Shown here: piece after piece, positions 24,205-37,223 of the stretch
Position numbering within the stretch: position 1 is the stretch's first letter
Layout: every line of letters starts with the position of its first letter
NCBI GenBank assembly: GCA_030141605.1
Contig: JAQGDQ010000565.1
Span: 62,001 to 126,000 of the forward strand
Source of the DNA: Tubiluchus corallicola
Taxonomy: Eukaryota; Animalia; Priapulida
Direction: 5' to 3'
Length of the DNA stretch: 64,000 nucleotides
The notes under the pieces: model-generated
Database searches by the model: none
Told to the model about the DNA's origin: nothing
What the model saw: only the letters and a program-made list of their open reading frames with translations
Position numbers and translations under genes: made by a program

Positions 24205-25122
24205 GCCTCTTTCGAGCTACAAACTGCTGCATGGTTGATTCATCCGAGAACAAGGCTTTGTTCCAATCCTGGATGGTCCAATGGTTGATTCATCCGAGAA
24301 CAAGACTTTGTTCCAATCCTGGATGGTCCAATCTCAATGTCGTTTTGCAAAGTGTTTCATTACTGGGGTTAGGCGTGGCTTACGGGCAGGCTTTCTGGAT
24401 TTAAGGCCAAACTCCTTGCTCAAACGCCTAGAAACTGTACTGGCACTCAATTCCAAGCCTGTCAAGCGCATCTGAGCCCGAATCTTCTTGCTGGAGCTCA
24501 TACGCGAGCGTACCACCATGCGTCTCATGATGTGGTCGTCTCTTTGGGTAGAGTCTTCCGCGGACGTCCTGAGCGTACCACCATGCGTCTCATGATGTGG
24601 TCGTCTCTTTGGGTAGAGTCTTCCGCGGACGTCCTGAGCGTACCACCATGCGTCTCATGATGTGGTCGTCTCTTTGGGTAGTCTTCCGCGGACGTCCTGA
24701 GCGTACCACCATGCGTCTCATGATGTGGTCGTCTCTTTGGGTAGTCTTCCGCGGACGTCCTGAGCGTACCACCATGCGTCTCATGATGTGGTCGTCTCTT
24801 TGGGTAGTCTTCCGCGGACGTCCAGAGCGTACCACCATGCGTCTCATGATGTGGTCGTCTCTTTGGGTAGTCTTCCGCGGACGTCCTGAGCGTACCACCA
24901 TGCGTCTCACGATGTGGTCATCTCTTTGGGTAGTCTTCCGCGGACGTCCAGACCGTTGCCTATCGCTGTAAGTGCCATCAGTCTCGAATTTGACGATAGC
25001 TTGGTGCACGGTTGTCTTGGAAAACCGTAATCTAGCACTTATCGCCCTTTCAGTATTCCTTCTTGATGCAAAGTCACGATTTGAACCCTCTTGAGTCTCA
25101 CTCAATGACGATTTTTGCCCAT
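24205..25122 (-). pseudogene. Truncated Tc1 transposase with 7 tandem 63-bp repeats
   Basis: ATG 25122 with frameshifts; ERAISARLRFSKTTVHQ HTH; SGRPRKTT linker repeated; RKPARKPRLT; WNKxLFSDES (first catalytic D), then truncation. Confidence 0.85.
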
Positions 25123-26756
25123 TTTTGGATCACAAGAAAAATACAAAAACGGCCGATCTATATGGATAGCGGCAAGCAAATGAGTCACTCATACTCACTA
25201 GACGTACTGTTTCAAACCACTAGATTTTAAATGCGAAATACTAAATCTGCCTACGGTCGTTTTACTCAACTCATTTGCTTAATTGCTAATTACTACTGTT
25301 TCTTAATTATTATTATTTTTCGCTAAATGTTTGCAGTTACTATTTTCTTCTTGTTTTTCGATTTTTGTACTTCGCAGAATAAATTTATTTCATGTTTATC
25401 AAAGCCGTACTGTCGTTTCCGTTAATATAGGTTAGTTTAAACATAATTTATTTAGGATTAGATCAGACAGTTTGTACAACATGATTTAAGATCCTCACCA
25501 CAACAGACTTTATACACTATTTACAAGAACATTTACAGTAAGAATAGACTATACTTAGTTTTTAGTATACTTTAGTATACTAAAGTTTTACTACAATGAT
25601 ACAGTTAATATAGGTTTGGGCGCATCCACAAACCTTTTAACGTTAAAGAACGTGTGTAGTTGAAGTGGTGGTTTAAATGAATCCATTATTTTAGGTTCGA
25701 ATTAAATTCAATAAAAAACGCGTTCGAATCGAATTCGAATTGTTCGTGGTCCATGCTGCCTCCTAGTATCAGTAAAGGAAAGCATAAAGGGTAAAATAAT
25801 GATTTTGATTAAATTATTAAATTACTAATTCAAGATTAAATGCTTGACGATGTAAGATTAGACTACCGTCGTGGATAGAAGCCTAGTTAGGTGTGGCATC
25901 ACGTGACCAGCTGATGTTCGACCGGCTGACTCAGAAGTAAAGATTGATTATGTAATCCTTATGCACAGAAGCTCACGGCGCATTAGGTAGTCAGACAAAA
26001 GTGTTTTGAGGCCCGCACCTCGGGGGAGATGAGGAACTGACTTGAAGACGGAGGGCTGGCATTACTATCCTCTTATATTTACCGTGTTGCGTTTGATATT
26101 TAATAAATGTGTAGTTTATTAAATAAAGTCTTGATAGTTTGCCATGCCCATCGTGGCTACCTCACACGCCACGCAATAAACAACAATAATCAGCAAGCAG
26201 CTTTAACCACAAGAATAAATAGACAAATAATCAAATTATTTTACTGTATCTGCCATGTAGCAAAACAGCGTGTACGAACAAAGAGCGTTGGCGCGCCACG
26301 CGGGCAATGCCATTGGTCATTACACGTGACCTTGCTTAAACTCGTAAAGCCATGTTACGTAGAGCTTGTTAAGCTAAACAGACGTCTCTTTTCTAGGAGC
26401 AGTAACCCCGTGAATCCAACTGGTAAGACAAAACATTGTAGGAAGCCGTACGCAGCCATACGCAGCCAACAACCAGGCCCAGCTACGAACTTCAGCCCAA
26501 ATACTCACTGTTCAGCTGTTCAACTTTCTGCTTTGCCAAAACCATTGTCCTCATTTCGCAGCAGAATGTCATTTTTTTGCTTTAGGATAATAGCAGACGG
26601 GAAATAAGACGTTGGGTTGTATTTCCGAAGAAACCGAGCTTTCTTACAAAACGTTCTTAGCTGTTGCACAACTGTTTACGTACTGTCGGATATTAAAGGT
26701 TGATGATCTCGTGACTTACAATGTTTGTATCTTTATGTATAAAACACACAGTAGAG

Positions 26757-27547
<791 letters not shown>

Positions 27548-27984
27548 CTCGAACGTTCGATTCTCACTCCTAAAAGATAAAATTAATTATTCTTTCAAGG
27601 CTGTGTTGTCGTATCAGTAGCACTTCTCAATGCCTGCCGTGCGGTGCGTCACGCGAATGTTTTTTCTTTGACGCGCAAGCTGTAAAGTTTGTTTCGTAAC
27701 AGTCTCTGTGCCTTCCCAACGACCTCCACTGCCAGAACACCTAATTGCCTTTAACAAGAATAAACTCTGACTGACTTGGAAGTGTCATGCAGCTGGCGAC
27801 AAGATGTCCATGTGGAAAATGCAACAAGATGGGAGACAGAAATAGCAAAGAGCAGAAGAGAAAGAGCAAAACAAGGATTTAAGGTCGAGTCAAGTCAAGT
27901 TTGGGTTTAATATAATATAGTGAAGTGAAGTTAATGAGTGATTTGACATGAGACGAGGTAAAATAGATTAATTAAGGAAACTAA

Positions 27985-28310
27985 TTAAGGTAGGGATGAG
28001 TTAAAAGGCAAGAAACCACTTCACAAGGAAGCTTAAAAAATTCGTCTTGAAATTCGACATCACTTACACGTGGCCTTATTGCACACAGAGCTTCCATTAG
28101 CAGTAACGCTGTATAAAACGTAAATCTAAACTCGTGTGCCATGACCTTTATACACAACCATGCTAATGATAAGTCGTTTGCAACAAGTTTAGATAACATT
28201 GTGTAAAGTTTGAAAAAATAATCAGAGCATTTGTGGTGCACACGGTGCACACGTCACTAACTAAGCCTAAATTACTTTATATCGTCAAGAAAATCAACAA
28301 TGTGTTTTTT
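27985..28310 (+). mobile_element. Dispersed repeat, direct homolog of about 37705-37990
   Basis: Shared aagcttaaaaaattcgtcttgaaa...aacaagtttagataacattg...gtcactaactaag. Confidence 0.6.
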
Positions 28311-28429
28311 TTGGTGAATCACTGGTGCATACTGGGATTGTGACGCAGTTGGCGGGATCATTGTCGAGAATATAAATTCCGCTTTATTCATATGGGCTTC
28401 AATCCAGCTCAGGCCTTTAGCTAGGACAA

Positions 28430-28740
28430 TTTCTAGAGAAAGATATGTTTTGTTTAGTTTACGGTACGACTTCTTCTTGTACACAATAAAGAATATAGCT
28501 CGCACAATTCTATATCTAAAGATGATTTTCCTTCTACGTATTGGATGTAAAACTTTACAATAAAATGGTCCGAAACCCGGGATTGAACCAAGGACCTTCA
28601 GATCCCAACTGAGACCTAATAACTTGGCATGATTTGCTAACACTTGGACTTTTTCTGGTAAAAATTCAATGAACTCATTTGAGTTAGAAGACCATTCTCT
28701 TAAGTTAAAACCTGGCTGTTGAGAACAGGGTTTTTGCATC
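28430..28740. mobile_element. BEL/Pao retrotransposon relic: LTR-like end, extended tRNA-Phe complement, inverted pol fragment
   Basis: Plus strand AATAAA...ttaca-ataaaa-TGGTCCGAAACCCGGGA; minus strand GFNLREWSSNS...KLLGLSWD (BEL/Pao pol motif). Confidence 0.6.
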
Positions 28741-28898
28741 GTTATAGAAAGCTATGGCTTCCCTCAAAGTGGGAAGCCACTTTTTAAATTATTAAAAAAT
28801 TTCTTTTCAAATTTCAAATATAAAAGTCATTCAAATAGGTGAGCATTATGCAAAGTAATATAACTTTGTATGGAAAATTCTTTGGAATCCACTTTTAA

Positions 28899-29562
28899 CT
28901 CTCTTCTCCTCTTCTCCTCTCTTCTCCTCTCTTCTCCTCTCTTCTCTTCTCTTCTCTTCTCTTCTCTTCTCTTCTCTTCTCTTCTCTTCTCTTCTCTTCC
29001 CTTCTCTTCTCTTCTCTTCTCTTCTCTTCTCTTCTCTTCTCTTCTCTTCTCTTCTCTTCTCTTCCCTTTTCTTCTCTTCTCTTCCTTCTCTTCTCTTCCC
29101 TTCTCTTTCTCTTCTCTTCACTTCTCTGCCCTTCTCTTTTCTTCTCTTCTTTTCTCCTTTGCTTTCTCTTCCCTTTTCTTCTCTTCTCTTCTCTTCTCTT
29201 CTCTTCTCTTCTCCTCTCTTCCCTTTTCTTCTCTTCTCTTCTCTTCTCTTCTCTTCTCTTTCCTTCTCTTTTCCTCTCTTCTCTTCTCTTCCCTTTTCTT
29301 CTCTTCTCTTCTCTTCTCTTCTCTTCTCTTCTCCTCTCCTCTCCTCTCCTCTCTTCCTTCTCTTCTCTTCTCTTCTCTTCTCTTCTCTTCTCTTCTCTTC
29401 TCTTCTCTTCTCTTCTCTTCTCTTCTCTTCTCTTCCCTTTTCTTCTTTTCTCTCCTCTTCCCTTTTCTTCTCTTCTCTTCTCTTCTCTTCTCTTCTCTTC
29501 TCTTCTCCTCTCCTCTCTTCTCTTCTCTTCCCTTTTCTTCTCTTTTCCTCTTCTCTTCTCTT
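28899..29562. repeat. (CTTCT)n pentanucleotide microsatellite
   Basis: Visible run. Confidence 0.97.
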
Positions 29563-30689
29563 TGAAAGGGTAATGTTAAATCAGCTAACATGAAAATTAA
29601 AGAACCTATGGGCGACGAGGAAATAAATTAAACAAAGTGGAAAACGATTAAAGCAAAATGGCCATGTTTATCTTTGAAAAAGCCTACCATTTTCAACAGT
29701 AAGTGAGTCAGTTTAAAGGAAGACAGGATCATTTTTCACATACTACACCATTTTCAAATCCAATAAAAAGAATACATTTTAACACAAGCAATACTGCAAA
29801 AGCATTTCCGACAATTAAATAATAGATTAAAAACTTAATTAACGGCGGGTGAGCACAATTATTGATGACATCACAAATTAACATAATTTTCAACAGCAGA
29901 AATATTTCACGAGCGTGTTGCACGTGTTTGCGAAAACGAAAATTGAAGTACAGTGCTACTGTGAGATATTCAGCTAGGCAAGTTTTAAGATAAAAATTCA
30001 AATTTACCGCTGTGCTCACGCATGAGCTGTCGAACGCGTGTAGTACGTCACAAAGTAGCACATCTGAACTGAGAGGTACAGCACCTGTTTTTTGTGCAAC
30101 GCGTTTCCTAAATGCAGGCGCCAGTGCCCGTCTAACTAGCGAATGGCGAAATGCATGTAACAGAGAAGAACTAATGGCGCGAACGGGAAATTAGGTTTGT
30201 GTGACAATAATTTTGAAAAAATAGTATATTTACTTTCAATATTTTAAAGTGTAGATTGTTTTGACCCGAGATTAGGTTAAGTTTTGCATTAATCAACTCC
30301 TATTAATCAATAACCTATCAAATTCCAAATAAACAAGCTTAGTAAACAAGATACAATTAGATATACAAACAAGTAAAAAGAAAACGAGCAACAAACAAAT
30401 AAAATAAATACGATGTTTGTTCAGACAAAGTATAATTACTTTTGAACAGACGACAAGACATTAAATTACTAAAATACATTAATTTTATATACAAGTGAGT
30501 GAGTGATTTTAATGAATGGAAGATGCAGCAGCACAAATTTGAATGTCTGTGAAACAATGAAGATGAGATTTCCTGAAAAAATTTCAATTTTAATAAATAA
30601 ATAAATCTTCTTTTCCAGCTCTTTTACACCCAGTGGCTGTTATAAATCACGAATGTGAAAATAAGAACCGCACGCACCGGTGTGCGGCT

Positions 30690-30755
30690 TGCATGAAGTG
30701 AAACAATGCCAGTTGTGGTTAGTACCAGGATGGGTGACCATAGAGAAAACTGCTG
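30690..30755 (+). mobile_element. 5S rRNA-derived fragment (SINE-like)
   Basis: tggttagtaccaggatgggtgacc matches the 5S box C region GGTTAGTACTTGGATGGGNGACC. Confidence 0.45.
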
Positions 30756-30793
30756 CCAGCTATTTACTTCAGCACGTACGCAAATTCGAATGC

Positions 30794-31106
30794 GTTCAGG
30801 TAAAAACACTTCTGACAGTCCAGTGCCTCACCTAAGGGGATAATGATAATGACTTTGATAATGATCTTCAGGTAAAAAGACTTCTGACAGTCCAGTGCCT
30901 CACCTAAGGGGATAATGATAATGATAATGATTTTGATAATGATCTTCAGGTAAAAACACTTCTGACTATCCAGTGCCTCACCTAAAGGGATAATGATAAT
31001 GATAACGACTTTGATAATGATCTTCAGGTAAAAACACTTCTGACAGTCCAGTGCCTCACCTAAGGGGATAATGATAATGATAATGATAATGATTTTGATA
31101 ATGATC
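30794..31106. repeat. Minisatellite: ~47-bp core plus variable (TAATGA)n, 4 copies
   Basis: Core tcaggtaaaaacacttctgacagtccagtgcctcacctaagggga. Confidence 0.9.
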
Positions 31107-31411
31107 TGGTCCGGTACCACCACAAGCAACGGCGTTAAGCTACTCCTTCCACTGAGTGCAATGGATCCTGTCTTGCTGGAATCAAAAGCTGTATAACAAA
31201 ACATGATAAAAGCAAAACTAGATGCTTATAGTGTAGATCTAAATAACACTGACGATTAGTAATGGGGAAATAAACAAAAATCGACTTGAGTTCATAAATG
31301 CAGTTAAATATGGCATTAGTGAGAAAAAAAGCCAAAATATCGTGGCTTAGAACAGCTGCTTGTAGTTATTATCTCATGACTAGATGCACAAACAACAACT
31401 GTTGACCATGT

Positions 31412-33022
31412 TTATGCTGCCTGCTGACTGCGCAGCATTGTGGCAGCAGAAGGGGTAGCTTGCAGTGGCCCTGGTGTGGACGGTGGCGTGCTTACCGGAG
31501 TCCCTTGCGTGGGCGTGCTATTAGGAGTGTCTGGCTTGCGTTTGCGTTGACACAGGGTCAGTTCTGTTTGCGTCGCCCTAACAAAGCGAGCTGGACGTTT
31601 TGTCTCAGCTGCCTCGGGGAGGGAATCTGTTTGCGTTTGGGAATCTTTGCCCGTGTCCTTCTTTGGTTTGTAGAAAAATGTCACCTCTTCTGCCTCTGAT
31701 TCGGAGTCTGAATCGTCTGAACCACGTTTCCCTTTGCGACGCCCCTCTTTTTTCACGGGACCGCTTCTGTCCGTTTGACTTTCGTGTTCCAGGTTTTTTA
31801 CTTCATCCGTGTTTGTACATGCTTCGCGTTTTTCCACATGGTGTCTTCTGACTGCATAATCTGGATGTCCATGATCAGAGCTGATGGACGGTGACTGAGC
31901 ATCGCTACTCACGCTGCTCCTCTCGTCATCTTCTCTCTGCTGTGCTTCTTCTGGAAGCTGAAAGCGCACCACGCGGCCGCTGGAATCTTCCAGATATCCA
32001 AGCGTAACCGACCCTTGAACGAAAAACGGCTGCTTGTCGGAGGTGCTGGGAGGAGCATCAACAATCAATCCTGTAAACATTGACAGCTTTTCGTTCAGTT
32101 GTCGCTTCAACAGGAGAAACTCGATTTCCTTCCCCTTTATGACCAACTCTGCGAGGTTCAAAGTGCTCTGGAGGCTGTCCATGACTTCCCGCATCTCGTT
32201 CTTGTTCTCCAGGAACTTTCCCGTTTCTTCCCCGAACATTTCGTGCAACTGCTGTACCAAGTTTTTCTCCTGGAGACGTATGGAACCAGTGAACTGTTGC
32301 GCCACGTCGTGTATTTCCTGTTCCACTTCTCCGATCACCTTCTCCACCGATCTTATCATCTCCAGACCTTTCTTTAGATCGTCGGCTTTGGTCTTACACT
32401 GTTCCAGCATGTCGTTAATTCTGCTTCTGTGCTTGTTGACGCCGTCCTTGAAGCTGACGATTTCGTGGTCTGCGTGTTCCTCGAACGTGCACAGCACGCA
32501 GATGCAACTCTCGCAAGGTTCGCAGAAGAATCGGACCACCTCGTCCTCGTGTTGCTTGCAAATGATCTCTTTCTCCGTCTCTATGTCGTACACTGAATGG
32601 TTCTTGGTGACGGATGTGTTCTTGTGTTTGTCCACACACGACTGACACAAGATCTTCGAGCATTCAACGCATTTTCCCTTCGCTTCGGTAGTAGTCTTGT
32701 GTAACATTTTACAAATTTCACAACACGGTTTATCCGTATCGCGTTGCCGTTGCACCATCTCCGTTAGACTGGACACGAGGAAATTGTCCGGTAAACGTCG
32801 GATGCCTCCAAGCGGAAGCTGCGTGGGCTTCCGACACACGGGGCAGTTGAATTCCGTGAAATTTCCATACTTAAACGTCCTGACCCCGTCCAGGTGACCT
32901 TCGAGGCACTTTTCACAGAACGTGTGAAGACACGCCAAACTTTTTGGCTTTTCGAATGCCTCGAAGCACACTTTGCACGTTAAAAACTCGCTGTCGATCT
33001 CTTGCACTAAGTTCTTGGCCAT
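31412..33022 (-). CDS. TRIM (RBCC) E3 ligase, TRIM2/3/56-like N-terminus, about 536 aa, single coding exon
   Basis: MAKNLVQEIDSEFLTCKVC...CLHTFCEKC...CPVC (RING); CEIC...CVEC...CQSC...H (B-box 1); CKQH...FFCEPC...CVLC...H..H (B-box 2); coiled coil; low-complexity tail. A splice acceptor tttcag at 33172-33171 lies upstream of the ATG. Confidence 0.92.
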   Translation of the reverse strand: MAKNLVQEIDSEFLTCKVCFEAFEKPKSLACLHTFCEKCLEGHLDGVRTFKYGNFTEFNCPVCRKPTQLPLGGIRRLPDNFLVSSLTEMVQRQRDTDKPCCEICKMLHKTTTEAKGKCVECSKILCQSCVDKHKNTSVTKNHSVYDIETEKEIICKQHEDEVVRFFCEPCESCICVLCTFEEHADHEIVSFKDGVNKHRSRINDMLEQCKTKADDLKKGLEMIRSVEKVIGEVEQEIHDVAQQFTGSIRLQEKNLVQQLHEMFGEETGKFLENKNEMREVMDSLQSTLNLAELVIKGKEIEFLLLKRQLNEKLSMFTGLIVDAPPSTSDKQPFFVQGSVTLGYLEDSSGRVVRFQLPEEAQQREDDERSSVSSDAQSPSISSDHGHPDYAVRRHHVEKREACTNTDEVKNLEHESQTDRSGPVKKEGRRKGKRGSDDSDSESEAEEVTFFYKPKKDTGKDSQTQTDSLPEAAETKRPARFVRATQTELTLCQRKRKPDTPNSTPTQGTPVSTPPSTPGPLQATPSAATMLRSQQAA

Positions 33023-33369
33023 GTTGGCGCTAAGTTTCTTTGCGCTGATTAAGAAGAAGATGCGCCTAGGAAGCTGCGGATGCCGGTTTGTTTGAGTCTG
33101 CTGTCCTGGTTGAAGCGCACGCACTGTCCGATGGATGGTTTGCGTTTCGAAGTTTATCCAAACATCGGAACTGAAAATAGAAACGAACAAATCGTGCTTT
33201 AGTTTCCTTTCTGACGAGATGTTTATACAAACGTGGGTCTAGTTATAGTTTAAAGCTTATAACTTGTAACAACCTGCGGGCTTCTCTAAACAAAATTACA
33301 TAATAATATATTGGAATTTTGTCATACTGGTGATTCAGATAGTAGTACCAATGGAACGACGGCGAAGAG

Positions 33370-33684
33370 GATGGTGATGATGATGACGATGATGATAACG
33401 GTGATGATGGCGATGACGATGATGATGGTAATATGATGATGATGACGATGATGATGATGATGATGATGATGATGACGATGACGATGATGATAACAGTAAT
33501 GATAACGGTGATGATGGCGATGACAATGATGATGGTGATGATGATGATGATGAGGAGGAGGAGGATGACGATGATGATGGTAATATGATGATGATGACGA
33601 TGATGATGATGATGACGATGATGATGATGACGATGATGATAACAGTAATGATGACGGTGATGATGGCGATGACGATGATGATGG

Positions 33685-33756
<72 letters not shown>

Positions 33757-33930
33757 GGATGATGATGACGATGATGATAACGGCGATGATGGGGATGACG
33801 ATGATGATGTTAATATGATGATGATGACGATGACGATGATGATGATGATGACGCTGATGATAACAGTAATGATGACGATGATGATGGCGATGACGATGAT
33901 GATGGTAATACGATGATGATGACGATAATA
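33370..33930. repeat. (GAT)n-type microsatellite
   Basis: Visible run. Confidence 0.95.
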
Positions 33931-34675
33931 ACAGTATACTTGTTACAGGTCTACCCTAACCTAAATACTTTAACCTAAACAAACGTGAACAGTAAACCTC
34001 AATTTCGTAATAATGTAATTTAAACTCAACAAGGGTAAATCAAACAACAGATTCGGATTTCTTATTTGTGTGTTACATTCAAGTTTCAATAAGATAAACA
34101 ACTGCACATTGGAAATTGAAAGCAACGTAGTATTTGTTTGTTTGTTTGTTTATTTGTTTGTTTCAAATTCATAATAAGAAATAAGATCATTAAATGAATA
34201 TCGAAGCTGCCTAAGAAGTCTAGAGAAAAACTGGAAATTATGGCTTCATGCAAGCCGCCACTGTTCCTCAACCACATGTATCAAAACTTTACAGCTTCCA
34301 TGATTCAAACTCGCTCAACATGCAGACGTGTTCAACGTGTCAGATTACAAAAACAAAGAACAATTTTCCGCATTTTCTTTTTGAACTGTTTATGATGTCT
34401 TGTGTTATTATGTCAGCGTCATAGTGGCACAGTTCGACGAAATGTCCCAAAAGCAATTCTTCTTTCTTCTTCTTCGTTCTTCTTCTTTTTCTTCTGCCAA
34501 CAAGTCTCGAAAAGCGCGCACTCTCAATAAAAATGATATTATAAACGTTCTCTGATTGAACCTGAAAACCTTTGTCCAAGCTTCGAAGATTTTCATCAAC
34601 CAAAAAACTACTTTCCTCGGAAATCGTACACAGGAAAACATTTTACTAACGCTACAGGTAAATCCTGTTCATTAA

Positions 34676-35233
34676 AGGAAAACCGGATGATTGTGTCAAC
34701 ACGAGTTCAGAATAAAGAATGCTGTAAAAGAGTGAAAACTACAAAAGCTTATTTTAAATCAAAGCTTAGATTAAATAATAATTACCTCGGATACTCAAAT
34801 TTCGTTAAACTTTCAAAGCCACGCGCGACTCAGTGAATCTAATAAGATTCGCAGCGGCGCCTTTTTGTCACATTCGTATGGCCGACAAATAAAAGGCGGT
34901 GCCATGATAACCATGATCATGAAATGCAGTGTTAGTTTCTGACGTCATATGATGTAGAGCCCATTTTTCGTAACATCATGCGTTTAAGCAGTACTGTAAC
35001 ACTTGTGCTTGTGCTATGCAAATGTGCTTGATGCACAAGGGAAGACGCCTGCCATTGCACAAACTGTAGTTAGTTTCTGACGTAAGCAATAACTGTGTTC
35101 GGTTGCCATTAATTAACTTTCTAAGCTAATTATTCAAATACAAGAAACAATTGCTAACTTTTATAGATAAGAAAATGTAAATTCTGGACAGTAAATTAAA
35201 ATGAGATTGAGTCTAAACAATCATCCCGTTTCC
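34676..35233 (-). mobile_element. Kolobok-like MITE
   Basis: Left TTAA|AGGAAAACCGGATGATTGT and right acaatcatcccgtttcc form imperfect TIRs; homologous to 19900-20305. Confidence 0.6.
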
Positions 35234-35713
35234 GTCCCGCCTGCTAGCAGCTGTTGTACATTTTGAAATGGGGCTTCATTCATCACTTGCATTACTTGAC
35301 TAAACTGTCTTTCAGCAACTGCAGAAATCGTAGGGAAACCACAAACTTCGCTGATGCTGTGCAAATTTGAGTTTCCAAAATTCTGCAAGATTCAAGTTGT
35401 TTCGTCGGGCAAAGTTTTTTTATCAGCGAAATCTAATTTTTCACGAAAAACGAATTCTGCTTTTTCTTACGTGCAGTTGAACTTACGAGTTGAACAACTT
35501 TAGTTAAATTATGTCAAATGCACGAAACAGCCAGCTTCTATGAATCACCTTGTTTATTGAGTAACGATCTATTGAAGCCATTATCAAACTATAAATGAAG
35601 CCAAAAATAAGAATGAATAATTCATTAATGATACAAAGGTACAAGACAACAGATTAGAATTTAACTTATCAAAACAGGCTAGGTTGTAACAGAAGTCTCT
35701 GCGATTACTGAGT

Positions 35714-35746
35714 GACGATCGTTTCGGCTTTTGAAGCCATTATCAA
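35714..35746 (-). ncRNA. Minimal hammerhead-ribozyme-like motif (Penelope-type), stem I not evident
   Basis: TTGATAA-T-GGCTT-CAA-AAGCC-GAAAC-GATC-GTC. Confidence 0.45.
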
Positions 35747-35807
35747 TTATATATATATATATATATACAAACACCTAAAAATGTCATGAGCCTGTAAGTA
35801 AACTTGT

Positions 35808-35889
35808 ATACATACATACATACATACATACATCATACATACATACATACATACGTACGTACGTACGTACGCACGCACGCACTCACTCA

Positions 35890-35955
<66 letters not shown>

Positions 35956-35959
35956 AACA

Positions 35960-35991
<32 letters not shown>

Positions 35992-36003
35992 CACACACAC
36001 ACA
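35808..36003. repeat. (TACA)n/(CA)n microsatellite
   Basis: Visible run. Confidence 0.95.
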
Positions 36004-36279
36004 TTGTATATGTATATTTAATCTAGTCAAATTTTTAAAGGGCGGAAAATTATTAAGCGAGAAGTTACGTATATATTGTATATTTGAAAATATTTTGGTC
36101 AATAAATCTACTACTACTAATCTACTTAAGGTGACCAAAGTTTGTGACCTAGACGTATGACTTCAGGATCTTTTACCCAATATTAAAGATACAGTACCTT
36201 CCTCAGAATCAACACCACAGTTAAAAGCTAATATAGGACTTTAAAAGCCGACGCACTGCGCTAACGAATAACAGCCGAA

Positions 36280-37223
36280 TTCGGTGGCGGCTCGTGTACA
36301 GAGGTGCAGTGCAACTTCAGCACCCCCTATTTTCGCTCAATAATATTCAATACGATGAGTCTTTTTTCCTTAGTTCTTTGTTTATAATTGTTTGGAACCA
36401 GAGCACGTCTGAGCTCAGCTAGAAAAAGTACTGTCGCTCACACAGATTGTTTTCAGTTGTCACGCGCTTACCGTGAATGGATCAAGCTTGAACTGCGACA
36501 AATTTGACTATTAGTAAGCAAAAGATATTTTTTGTTTAGGATTTTATTTAAGTTAATATATAAATTTTCGTATGTTTCTTTGTTTAAAATTACAACATAA
36601 AACTACATGTGTTTGTTTCGTTTTACACAACATAAATAAATGTGACGGGAACACAAAAGAATTTCCTTCATAGCATATGGTGTTCTCAGAAATCTTTATT
36701 TCTGTATATAAAAAAATGAAAATAATAAAATTGACTGTTTTCACTGCTTACAAATGTATAATGATCTATTTATTATAACTTAAGACAATAAAAGTAAATA
36801 TTACTCACATCGTGCGACTATAACAACTTAATACATCCTTGGAACGTCATACTGGTTTACAGCAAATCTGGCAGAGACGCTACAAATAATTACTTGAAAA
36901 TTTATCTAAAAATTATTTAACGTTTACTGAGGCTTCCGTAAGCGTGTTTAGTGAGGCTCAACCTAATTTGCAACTTCACAGGTAAAATTGCAGGTAAGTT
37001 CACATAGGTGCTGCCACCTACATGTTAAAACCAGAAACGTTTTTATTGCGGTTCAACCTAATTTACAACTTCACAGGTAAAATTGCAGGTAAGTTCACAT
37101 AGGTGCTGCCACCTACACGTTAAGGCCAGAAACTGACCTTAACAATATCAAAACAATGGCTAAAAAATTTCTGAAGCAGCAACCCCCCCCCCCCCCAGTA
37201 ATTTTAGCTACGATCCGCCACTG
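36280..37223 (-). mobile_element. hAT-like MITE, inverted relative of 18024-18421 with extra internal DNA
   Basis: Ends (tt)cggtggcggctcgt...tacgatccgccactg; flanks cagccgaa / cagccgat (7 of 8 match). Confidence 0.65.

Noticed and set aside
28566-28615. tRNA-Phe gene
   Set aside because: Only the 3' half is present, with an encoded CCA-like end; there is no anticodon arm or 5' acceptor strand.
31460-32897. Plus-strand ORFs over the TRIM gene (likewise over gag-pol)
   Set aside because: Antisense shadows of real coding sequence.
33023-33190. 56-aa N-terminal extension of the TRIM ORF in the track
   Set aside because: It starts at TTG upstream of a splice acceptor; the ATG at 33022 directly precedes the RING, as is usual for TRIMs.
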